From NCBI RefSeq assembly GCF_001194135.2, contig NC_068999.1, forward strand, positions 53,113,283 to 53,147,120: DNA of 33,838 nucleotides, read 5' to 3'. Below the pieces are notes generated by a model. The model searched no databases, had not been told where the DNA came from, and saw only the letters and a list, made by a program, of their open reading frames with translations. Made by a program: the position numbers and the translations under genes. Below, piece by piece: positions 24,206 to 33,838 of this stretch; position 1 is the stretch's first letter; each line of letters opens with the position of its first letter. The stretch comes from Octopus bimaculoides. Lineage: Eukaryota.

Positions 24206-25919
24206 CAGATAGATATGGGTATATATTTAATTAGATTGCTAAATAGATATACGTCTGTGTGTTTATGTGTGTGTGCGCGCGCATGTGCTCTCACACGCGT
24301 GTATACTGTCGGAGAGAAAGAGGGTGAAAGTAAAAGCTAGAGCATGCTTGGTTCTTGCAAATCTAAAGCTGATGAGTTACAAATAGGTGGAAACTGCGAT
24401 AGCTCCATTCTGAGCAGCGAGTTTCAACAGCATTATTGTTTCATTACCAGGCTCTTACACTACATATAGGAACGCATACGTAGTTGTGTACAGGCTATTG
24501 GTGGAGTTTCGGTAACTAGGTCTCGGAGTGCTTGGCATATGCCTTTTTTTATTTTTTTATTTTATTTTTCTTCATATCAAAATTATTCTTTTACACAAAA
24601 TTTCAAACGCATATATTGAATAGAATCCACGTTACCAGCACTTGTTTATCAACTATTTGTTCCGCTATTACTAAATCAATATGTCAAATGTCTGACTCGA
24701 TGCAGTCATTAATGTGTAAATACGAAAATTAATAATTTTTAATTAATAAATAATGTATTGAACAGCATGTAATAAGCTTTCAGTTTTAATGTGAAATCGA
24801 TTTTTTTTTAAGAAAAGAACATTGCAATTTTTATTAAAAGTGAATAAAAATAGCTGGATTATTTATTATAAATTGGTAGAATAAAAACCATTCACCGTCA
24901 CCCTATATGACAATTCTGAGATATCCTTCTGGCCAAGATACGGCACTCTCTCCTTTTCATATATTTGGTTTTGCGCCTGTTACAAATCGTTATTGTCCGT
25001 TTTATCTTCCCAACTATGTGCGAATTGATTAAAGTTTATATTAACATTTACAGCAACAACAGCAACTGTGAACCGTTCCTTTTCCAAACACAGGTTGGTT
25101 GAATATAAATAAAAGCTATGGAGTCTCTGCATGGAGAAAACAGATTCTCCAGTCTCATATTCCTTAGCATTAAGAAAGGCTTCCTTGTTGTTTACGAAGA
25201 AATGATATTTGCAAGCACAAGGCCAACAGAAGAATACTAATAGAATTTATTAAATTTTGCTGGCTTCCTCATAACTCAATCTGCATTTCGTTGAAAAGGA
25301 TTAAAATAGGATTTTTGTATTTTGTATTTTGCTTGATAAGGGTCAATATTCTTCTATCGCTATTTAAAAGCTATGGCTGCCATTTTAAATAGATCGCAAA
25401 ATATTTCTAAAAATCTTTAATTTATAAATTCATACGATTCCATGTTCTAATGCATATACTACAGAATACCATACTTTATACGTTCTGCAAATAAAAGCCA
25501 GTGTTAGTAAATAAGCTTCTAGATTTCAATATCTTTGAATATCTTTTCAAAATCATGTAAAAAAAACATTGCATTTTTTTTACACAACACAACGGACTTG
25601 TGTTTATTTTCTTTAATCAAATCTATAACTCTAAATAAATAATACAATGAATGTAATTGAATTTGAGAATATTTACTTAATACAATTTTATCAATTTTTC
25701 TTTGTATATATGTATATGTATGTATGTGTGTGTATAAATACGTATATATTTATACACACACACACATATATATGTATATATATACGTACATACTTATATA
25801 GTCTGAATTTCCCAGCAACGGAGTTTTGGTTCATGGGTTCTTTTTTTTTCTCTTCCATGTTATTTCGCATGCTTTCAACAAATGTGACATCGAAATCGCG
25901 CGTAAAGATTTCCGAAAGG

Positions 25920-26038
25920 AAAGATTTGGCTGTTATTTCTTGCACGCCCTGCTACCACGTAACAGGTATTTCGGGTCCTTTATCGCAAATAGCTGTTACG
26001 TGGTATCAGGGCGTGCTAGAAATAGCAGCCAAATCTTT
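25920..26038. repeat. Near-perfect hairpin: 52-bp arms (48/52 complementary), 15-nt loop
   Basis: Left arm 25920-25971 equals the reverse complement of 25987-26038 except at arm positions 14, 22, 33 and 47. Confidence 0.97.
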
Positions 26039-26199
26039 GGAGGTGAGATACGTTGAATGCACTCGAAAGAAACCTATGGAAAAAAAAACTCACACCGAGG
26101 TTACAAACGTTTCTTTTACTAAATATTTACAGTATTTTTAAGGTCATTTTCATTTTAAAATGTTTTGCCCCTCATAATGTGTCTAATGGAAAGGTTAGA

Positions 26200-26460
26200 T
26201 TTTCTTCCCTTTCAGGGTTAAGTTATTTTCGGAGTATTTTCCCGTTATGCATCGTTTTGGGTATTTTTAACCTCAAACCCCGAATATCTCAATAACCACT
26301 GGTCCGATTTACGCGAAACTTGTTTTATTCCGTTTGTATTCACATTTCGGGGGATTTTACTTTCAAAGTATTTTCCGATTATACGCGAGTTTGGCTGTGT
26401 AACATTGCAAGCAAGCAAGCAAGATTGAACTTCACTTTCAATGTATTATATATATACAAG
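26200..26460. mobile_element. Possible non-autonomous Helitron/Helentron-like (DINE/HINE-type) remnant
   Basis: gaatatctcaataaccactggtccgatttacgcgaaactt, a (GCAA)n microsatellite and a tattatatata end resemble such elements. Resemblance only. Confidence 0.3.
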
Positions 26461-26749
26461 CACATTCAGATTTCATTGCTAAGATGTGTTTGAAGAGTGG
26501 TATAGTTTCAATTAAGCTCCTGCCGTTCTGAATAAATGTGTGTCTGTGTGTGCGTATATTTAGTATTTATATAAATGTGTTGAAACACATATACGCGTAC
26601 GTATATACATATTTAGATATATGTATACACATATAATATGTAAACTACAACGTAGTTAAACTGCACATTTTTGTATTACTGCAGGGCATTTGCATTATAT
26701 AGTGCACAGTGTTAATAAATATTGTTGTTAATTTTGGTACAAAACTAGA

Positions 26750-26910
26750 AATTTGAGAGGAGGGGCAGCCAGTGTAATCATCACTACTACTGGACTGATG
26801 TTATACTTTATCAATCCGGAAAGAATAAAAGGCAACCTCAACCTCGACGGAATTTGAACTCCGAACGTAAAGATGGACGAAATGCTTAGTGGCATTCAGC
26901 CAGCTTACCG
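26750..26910 (-). mobile_element. SINE family B, degenerate
   Basis: aaaaggcaacctcaacctcgacggaatttgaactccgaacgtaa..ggacgaaatgc..cagccagcttaccg. Confidence 0.75.
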
Positions 26911-27054
26911 TCGAATTTTTTGGGGTTTGAATAATTTGAATAATTTCGTTCATCTTTCTTAAACAACGCTTATTCAAAGACCTTTTCAGCAACTCGACCT
27001 GCAGAAAATTCTAACTAGGCTCCACAAACGGGGTCATACTTTGTTTATCTTGAT

Positions 27055-27735
27055 ATGATCATCTCACATTTGATCTACATGAAATTATATGCCAAAGATG
27101 ACAAGGATCTGAAAAGGCTACTGGTAAATGCGAAAAAATTCAGTGATGGCATCAATATAGAATTTGGCCTCGATAAGTGTACAAAAGTTACCTTTCAGCA
27201 CGGTAAATTGACAGCTAATACGTCAATCCCTCTTGATAATGATACAACTAACAAGGATATGGATCAAGAAGGCTTTCATAAGTATCTTGGAGGTAAACGA
27301 AAGGAAAGGAATTCGGCATAGGTCGAAGAAGAAGCAGATCAGGAAAGAATATTATAGAAGTTTCAGAATGGTTCTGAATACTGAGCTGAACTCTCAGAAT
27401 AAAATTGCAGCTATAAACTCCCAGCCGGTATCAGCAGTCCAGTATAACCAGCAGGAATTTTAATGAACACCAACGTACGCATATGTTAATTAAAGACCAA
27501 AAGAATCCCTGTTGTGAGGGTCCTGGGAATGATCAAGAAAGGTACCGACAACATTTTTGACTAGATCCCAGGCAAACCAACAATCTACGAGGTTAAAAAA
27601 TTGTGCAGACATCAACTGCTCACCATCTCATGAAGTTTCTCTGCATTCTCTGAAGTCTTTAGTTGAAACCCAGCCGGAAGATGAAGTAAAATGGAAATCA
27701 AAGGAAAAACGAAAAATAATAATAATGATAACAGT
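27055..27735 (+). mobile_element. R4/Dong-clade non-LTR retrotransposon remnant (RT C-terminal part, deletion, RLE C-terminus, 3' UTR, AAT tail)
   Basis: ISHLIYM-KLYAKDDKDLKRLLVNAKKFSDGINIEFGLDKCTKVTF...KYLG...IRKEYYRSFRMVLNTELNSQNKIAAINS. Then IPVV..LGMIKKGTDNIFD*IPGKPTIYEVKK..STAHHL, which resembles PVIVGALG...IPG..SI.ELQK..GTAHIL. It ends in aataataataatgataa. Confidence 0.88.
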
Positions 27736-28089
27736 GTAGCAGAGCAATAGAGCTTGCAGGCATAGACAGATGCCATGTAGCATTGCTATTGAATTCTAGC
27801 GGTATGCATAAATGGAAGTGCAGCTGCAGCTTAGACGTGCAATTTTAGCAGAAACAATAGCATCACGAATGCAATGAAGCGTATATTTGCAGTCAAGCTG
27901 CACATAGATGAAGTGCAGTGGCATAGATATTGCTGTGCAGAGGCATAGAGGAATGGGTAAGAATCTTAATGCTATTGTTGTTTTGTCTGAGCAGAGTTAT
28001 AATCCAAGCCGTTCCAGCCGGGACCATCATGCCTTATCGTTGTGAGTTTTGTGGGTTAGGGGTAGAGCTCTTCTTTTATCATTTATTGT

Positions 28090-28258
28090 TGTATCTCAGT
28101 CAATGGACTGCGGCCATGCAGGGCATCGCCATGAAGGGATTTAAAAGAACATATTGACCCTACTTTTCGTTTTTTAATCTGGTATTTATTCTATAGGGTT
28201 CTTTTGCCGAACCGCTAGAATACGGGGACACAAATAAACCAGCACCGGTTGGCACAAG
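28090..28258 (-). mobile_element. SINE family A 3' half, diverged
   Basis: cagtcaatggactgcggccatgcagggcatcgcc...tttattctatagggttcttttgccgaaccgcta...accagcaccggttg, followed by a CA/TG tract. Confidence 0.82.
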
Positions 28259-29094
28259 CACAGACACATAGAAGTACTCACACACATATATACATATATT
28301 ATGTGTATCTGCGTATGTGTGTGTGTGTGTGTGTGCGTGCGTGTGTGTGTGTATCCATATGTGTGTGTGTGTGCGTGCGTGTGTGTGTGTATCCATATGT
28401 GTGTGTNNNNNNNNNNNNNNNNNNNNNNNNNNNNNNNNNNNNNNNNNNNNNNNNNNNNNNNNNNNNNNNNNNNNNNNNNNNNNNNNNNNNNNNNNNNNNN
28501 NNNNNNNNNNNNNNNNNNNNNNNNNNNNNNNNNNNNNNNNNNNNNNNNNNNNNNNNNNNNNNNNNNNNNNNNNNNNNNNNNNNNNNNNNNNNNNNNNNNN
28601 NNNNNNNNNNNNNNNNNNNNNNNNNNNNNNNNNNNNNNNNNNNNNNNNNNNNNNNNNNNNNNNNNNNNNNNNNNNNNNNNNNNNNNNNNNNNNNNNNNNN
28701 NNNNNNNNNNNNNNNNNNNNNNNNNNNNNNNNNNNNNNNNNNNNNNNNNNNNNNNNNNNNNNNNNNNNNNNNNNNNNNNNNNNNNNNNNNNNNNNNNNNN
28801 NNNNNNNNNNNNNNNNNNNNNNNNNNNNNNNNNNNNNNNNNNNNNNNNNNNNNNNNNNNNNNNNNNNNNNNNNNNNNNNNNNNNNNNNNNNNNNNNNNNN
28901 NNNNNNNNNNNNNNNNNNNNNNNNNNNNNNNNNNNNNNNNNNNNNNNNNNNNNNNNNNNNNNNNNNNNNNNNNNNNNNNNNNNNNNNNNNNNNNNNNNNN
29001 NNNNNNNNNNNNNNNNNNNNNNNNNNNNNNNNNNNNNNNNNNNNNNNNNNNNNNNNNNNNNNNNNNNNNNNNNNNNNNNNNNNNNNNNNNNNNN

Positions 29095-29133
<39 letters not shown>

Positions 29134-29213
29134 ATATATATTTGTATGAAAATATATAGGTATGAGTATAAATGCGTATGTATACCTGTATATGTATATG
29201 TGTATATGCGCTC

Positions 29214-29250
<37 letters not shown>

Positions 29251-29776
29251 TATGTAGATATTTATGTACCTACGTACGTATATATGAATTTAGTGATGTA
29301 ATGAATTACTGGATATGATGTTATTTCTGCCGTTTAATCGCCGGTCAGCCCTTGTCCAGCAGACGTATTATCATAAACAGCGTTGCGTTCCATTTGTGAC
29401 CATCACATCTACCATATAGATATCTCTATAATTCAATAGGGCCAGTTGTTTTTTCTTTCTTCTTCCTTTTTTTTTTTAATCGCAACAGTGCGTGAATTGA
29501 GCCGAGATTCGATTGGTTTTTCTTTCTAGCATATTAGACGACCACGAAAGTGTTCATTGGTTGTCTTGCCAGACTTCTAGTGCACCTGCTTAGTAACAGT
29601 TGTCTTGTACGGTGTTACGGTCGCACAAATACAGCGGTAGAAAAAAATATATTGCTAAATAGCTGCAACAAAGCAGCAGCCCGGTTGCAGTAGAGCTATA
29701 CAATTAGTGTCTATCAATATAACGGCATATCTACCATGCATCGATATACATGCATACACGCATACATACATGCATG

Positions 29777-29807
<31 letters not shown>

Positions 29808-29809
<2 letters not shown>

Positions 29810-29992
29810 TCTTTTATTCTTTTACTTGTTTCAGTCATTTGACTGCGGCCATGCTGGAGCACCACCTTTAAAGGCTTTTAGTCGAAGAAATCGATGCCAG
29901 GACTTACTCTTTGTAAGCCTAGTATTTATGCTATCGGTTCATTTGCCGAAACGCTAGTTTACGGAGACGTAAACACACCAGCATCGGTTGCC
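29808..29992 (-). mobile_element. SINE family A 3' half
   Basis: ttcttttattcttttacttgtttcagtcatttgactgcggccatgctggagcaccacc...gtaagcctagtattt...acaccagcatcggttg, followed by a CA/TA tract. Confidence 0.9.
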
Positions 29993-30074
29993 AAACATAG
30001 ACACAGAGAAACACACACGTAAATATATACATATATATTTATACATACACACACACGCACACGCACACACGCAC

Positions 30075-30129
<55 letters not shown>

Positions 30130-30294
30130 CGTATATATATATATACATATAATATACATGTATATGCATATCAATGTTTGTATATGTACGTATGTATATA
30201 TATTATACACACACACACACATATACTAGTGTGTGTGTGTGTGTGTATATATATGTGTGGGTGTATCGGAGAATGAAATACACATCATTGAGAA

Positions 30295-30410
30295 ACCAGC
30301 GCATGAAACGCAAATCCCTTCTGGTAATTTATTCCACCCGTCACTTCCAGCTTCCCACTTCCTTATCGTTCTCGCCATGAAGAAAATGCAGTGAACCAAA
30401 GATTGGCCTG
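30295..30410 (-). mobile_element. Possible CR1/L2-type LINE 3' fragment
   Basis: Minus-strand FFMARTIRKW...WNKLPEGI resembles the FFxxRVxxxWNxLP motif at CR1/L2 ORF2 ends. Short match. Confidence 0.3.
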
Positions 30411-30761
30411 TTATTAGATACCTATAACAACCAACGACGCTATTGTTCACCACCACGATGTCATAGTTAAGTACATTAATGGTGTAATAATCTAGTCGCG
30501 TATGTGCAGTGTTGCACTGTAGGCTGTAGGAGCTCTATAACATTATAGCTGTACGGTGAGCTGCACACATGCTCAGTTACTGTTGTATAAACGCAAAGCA
30601 AACACACAGAAGCAACAGAGGTGCAACACACCTGAACTATTAGTAGCAACAGCAACTGCAGCAACAGAAGCAGCAACTGCGGCAACAACAGCAGCTATAG
30701 CCGCTTAACAATACAATTGCATTATAGCAGCATGTTTGTATACGTGTGTGTGCGCGCGCAC

Positions 30762-30792
<31 letters not shown>

Positions 30793-31226
30793 CGTGCGTA
30801 TCACAAAACGTTGAAATTTAAGTTGATGCTCGGTTGCTTTATAATCGCAACGTTGCATTGAAACAAGGAAGAAAGCATATTTTATACGCTATAATAGTCG
30901 TTTGTGTAAGGAAACTGCAAATTCGCATAGCTACATATCAATGCATTTGCGTGAAAATGCATGCATTTTCAAGGCTACAAACAATATAGATGAGCAGATA
31001 AACAGGAGAAGGCATTCAATACGTATAGAGAATCATATATACATACAATATTCTCACATTGCCAAACGGCACAAAACTCACAGACATACACACACGTACA
31101 TCTTCCATGTATGTATGGATGAATGTATGTATTACGTATGTACGTAAGCATATATGTATGTATGTACGTAAGCATATACATATTATGTATGTAAGCATAT
31201 CTGTATGCATATATGTATGCATCTAT

Positions 31227-31265
<39 letters not shown>

Positions 31266-31429
31266 TTCATTATGCTAGAATGACTTAGATATCAATTTTA
31301 ACCTGAGCAGGTTATTCATCCATTTAACTCTCTAGCATGATTAATAAATTTGAGTCTTCTAATGCTTACAAAGTCTCACCATTAATAAGTTTGCGTTGAT
31401 TGCCTACTCAAAATAATTGCCTAGTAATT

Positions 31430-31680
31430 ATGGTGCTATTCGCAAGGTCGTGGTTTCAATTTGCGGACAAGGCGCTGCGTTGTGTTTTTGAGTAAAACAC
31501 TTCATTTCGCGTTGCTCTGCAAACACTTCGCCATCCGACTTGTGGCAATGTCCTGACAAGCAATATCGATTCGAAGGTAGGAATGAGCTAACGTGCAGTA
31601 CAAGCATCTGATCACAACAAACAAATCACCCGTGCAGGTTGTTAACAAAAAGAAATTGTGGAACCCTCAGCTATTGTTTC
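31430..31680 (+). mobile_element. SINE family C2, degenerate
   Basis: gtcgtggtttcaatt...gcgttgtgtttttgagtaaaacacttcatttcgcgttgctc...gagctaacgtgcag..aagcatctgatcacaacaaacaaatc parallels 22257-22545. Confidence 0.78.
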
Positions 31681-32034
31681 TATTGTTCACAGTGGGAGAG
31701 TGCACAATTTATGTGTGTGTGTCTGTGGCTGTGTGTGTGTGTGTGATAAATGTATATACGCGAGTGTAAACGAGAGAGTATTAGACAATATGAGCAGAAT
31801 AAATTGGTTTCTTGGAAGCCGAAGATCAATACATTCGTCAAGCAGAGTTCTCATCACCAATTTCCAGACGATTATAGAAAACGGAAAGTGATAGAATGGT
31901 CAGTGCGCCAGCAGAAATACTTTATGGTATAAATTTCGGCTCTCTACTTACTGAGTTCAAATTCTAGAAGGCAACGGAAAATTACTCCAATATTCATCAC
32001 AAGTCTAGTCAGAGTTGCCAACAGCAAGAGCGGA

Positions 32035-32570
32035 TAGGACTGCCGCGTTGCCTTGGCAAATAGACTTTACTGTACGGTGCTGTTACTTCATATTCCTCGC
32101 TCACAGATTTAAAACTAGTTGCTTTTCTCTTTACGAGATCAGTGACTGTATGTGGCTTTAAAAGTATATACTGTGAACAGGAGCGAGTGGTTGCTATCTC
32201 TAGTCGGCGACTGTCTTGTAGCGACGATGGAAAATTACCCAGAAACCATTGATCTACAGGTATCGCTATGGCTAGAAAGGGAGCAGTAGACTCACTTGAT
32301 CACAATATACGGACACAGATCCTGGGGCTAAAAAGCAGTGACATTGTCCTACGTAGGACTGCCGCGTTACGTTGGTAAATAGACTTTACTGTACGGTACT
32401 GTTACTTCATATTCCTCGCTCACAGATTTAAAACTAATTGCTTTTCTATTTACGAGATCAGCGACTGTGTGTCGCTTTAAAAGTATACACTGTGAGCAAG
32501 AGCGAGTGGCTGCTATCTCTAGCACCGCCTAGTACCGACGAATGGATATTACCCAGAAACCATAGGTCTA
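32035..32570. repeat. Tandem direct duplication of a ~220-bp unique unit (32035-32256, 32354-32570; offset 319)
   Basis: Both units run taggactgccgcgtt...aaatagactttactgtacggt.ctgttacttcatattcctcgctcacagatttaaaacta.ttgcttttct.tttacgagatcag...attacccagaaaccat. Confidence 0.95.
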
Positions 32571-33352
32571 TTTGGATCATTCTGTGCGTATGAATATATG
32601 CATATGTACGTGCATATATATATGCACGTGTATGCATATGCAAATGTACCTATATGCATGTGTATATGTGGATAGATAAAAGTGAACGTGAATGTATGTG
32701 TGTGTCATTGATGATGTAAGCGTGCGTTTGTTGTGTGAATGCGTGCCTGCAAGTATTGGTGAATGCGTGTGTGCATGATTTTGTGTGTATGTGTGCAACT
32801 GAGAGTACGGGTCTGTGTTTTTGTTCGTCTGTGTGTTAGTGTATCTAGATGTATTTGAATGTATGTGTGTGTATGTGTGTGTGTATTGAACGAGTGGGAT
32901 CGTGTGTACGTATGCGAGTATGTGCTTGCGCGCACGCGCGTTTTGCGTATTTGCCAGTATCGATCGATAAGTGATCACAGTGACTGACATCAAACATGGC
33001 TACGTGATCCATCATTTTATCACAGAACATTGACATCTGGACACCTGTGGATTGTGGAAATGGTGGTTGCGGTGGTGGTGGCGCATAGACTTCATTGATG
33101 AATGTGACGATGATGGTGATGATGATGGTGGTGGTGGTGGTGGTGGTGGTGGTGGTGGTGGTGGTGGAGGTGGTGGTAGTGGTGCTGATACTGCTGATAA
33201 TTGAGGATGGTGGAGGTGGTAGTAGCGATAGTTGTGGCGGTGGTAATATTGTTGTTGATACACCAATGTGTGTATATATTCACATGTACATAGAAAATAT
33301 AGTAGTTTTGGTGATGGAAATAGGAAAATAGAACAAGAAAATATTATATTAT

Positions 33353-33486
33353 TTCCACCGAGGTCGACTTTGCTTTTAATCTTTTCGAAGTCGATAAAAT
33401 GAGTACCAGTTGCGTAGTGGGGTCGCTCTAATCGACTGGCTCCTTCTCCAGAAATTTCGTGCCTTGTGCTTAAGGTAGAAAAGAAT
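33353..33486 (+). mobile_element. SINE family B, 5' truncated
   Basis: ccgaggtcgactttgcttttaatc.tttcgaagtcgataaaatgagtaccagttgcgtagtggggtcg. Confidence 0.8.
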
Positions 33487-33534
33487 ACTATCGGTTCCAG
33501 TATATGGCATGTATTTTTTCTATCTATTAATTTT

Positions 33535-33690
33535 TTAGTCATTCGACTGTGACTGCGGTGGAGGATGGCATCGGAGGGTGTTGTGGAACAAATCCACTCC
33601 AGCACTTCTAAGTCTTGCACATGTTCTGTCGATCTATTTTGCCGAACTGCTAATGTTAAAGAAACGTAAACAAACCGACGCCGCTTGTTG
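33535..33690 (-). mobile_element. Very degenerate SINE family A 3' half
   Basis: tagtcattcgactg...tttgccgaactgctaa...acgtaaacaaacc..cgc aligns weakly with 762-921. Confidence 0.55.
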
Positions 33691-33802
33691 AGGGAGGGTG
33701 AGGTACAAGGGTCGAAAGCACAAACACACACACACACACGTGTGTAGATATTTGTTTGTGTGTGTGTATATATATACATACATACATACATACATATCTC
33801 TC

Positions 33803-33838
<36 letters not shown>

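Noticed and set aside
24375-24455. Minus-strand LLKLAAQNGAIAVSTYL resembling an ankyrin repeat
   Set aside because: Single short match bounded by stops, with no convincing acceptor and no second repeat.
24980-25246. 88-codon stop-free minus-strand frame in unique AT-rich DNA
   Set aside because: No recognisable motif or clear splice boundaries. A rough estimate (~7% stop probability per codon over ~10 kb of unique sequence in six frames) predicts one or two such frames by chance.
25647-26141. 164-aa ORF overlapping the hairpin
   Set aside because: It starts in a TA/CA repeat, and its openness is partly explained by the GC-rich palindrome. No domain recognised.
28320-28406. Repeated ~32-bp unit (gtgtgtgcgtgcgtgtgtgtgtgtatccatat) that could look like a spaced repeat array
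   Set aside because: No unique spacers; it is a compound microsatellite at a gap edge in eukaryotic DNA, not CRISPR, and may be an assembly artefact.
31830-31870. Minus-strand GTGATGA resembling a snoRNA C box
   Set aside because: No CTGA D box or terminal stem at a suitable distance.

Overview
Eukaryotic, AT-rich, repeat-dominated genomic DNA from a gapped draft scaffold (nine N-gaps, almost all flanked by microsatellite). The interspersed repeats are tRNA-derived SINEs I recognise from octopus/coleoid cephalopod genomes, so the host is probably an Octopus species (inference from memory, no search run). No intact protein-coding gene can be supported, and nearly all ORFs in the supplied track are translations of simple repeats or N-gaps. 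Solid content: two deleted maT-type (DD37D) Tc1/mariner copies, one with a right TIR; a mariner fragment; an R4/Dong-type LINE remnant (RT plus RLE end plus AAT tail); a probable decayed Penelope-like element; about 15 SINE copies or fragments from 3-4 families; and many micro- and minisatellites. The best leads are a 52-bp-arm near-perfect hairpin (25920-26038), a ~300-bp-arm inverted repeat (1681-2425), a phase-consistent short-exon gene candidate (13509-14582), a promoter-like island (5590-5880) and a ~220-bp tandem duplication (32035-32570). I found no convincing new multi-gene system; these leads are modest and testable.
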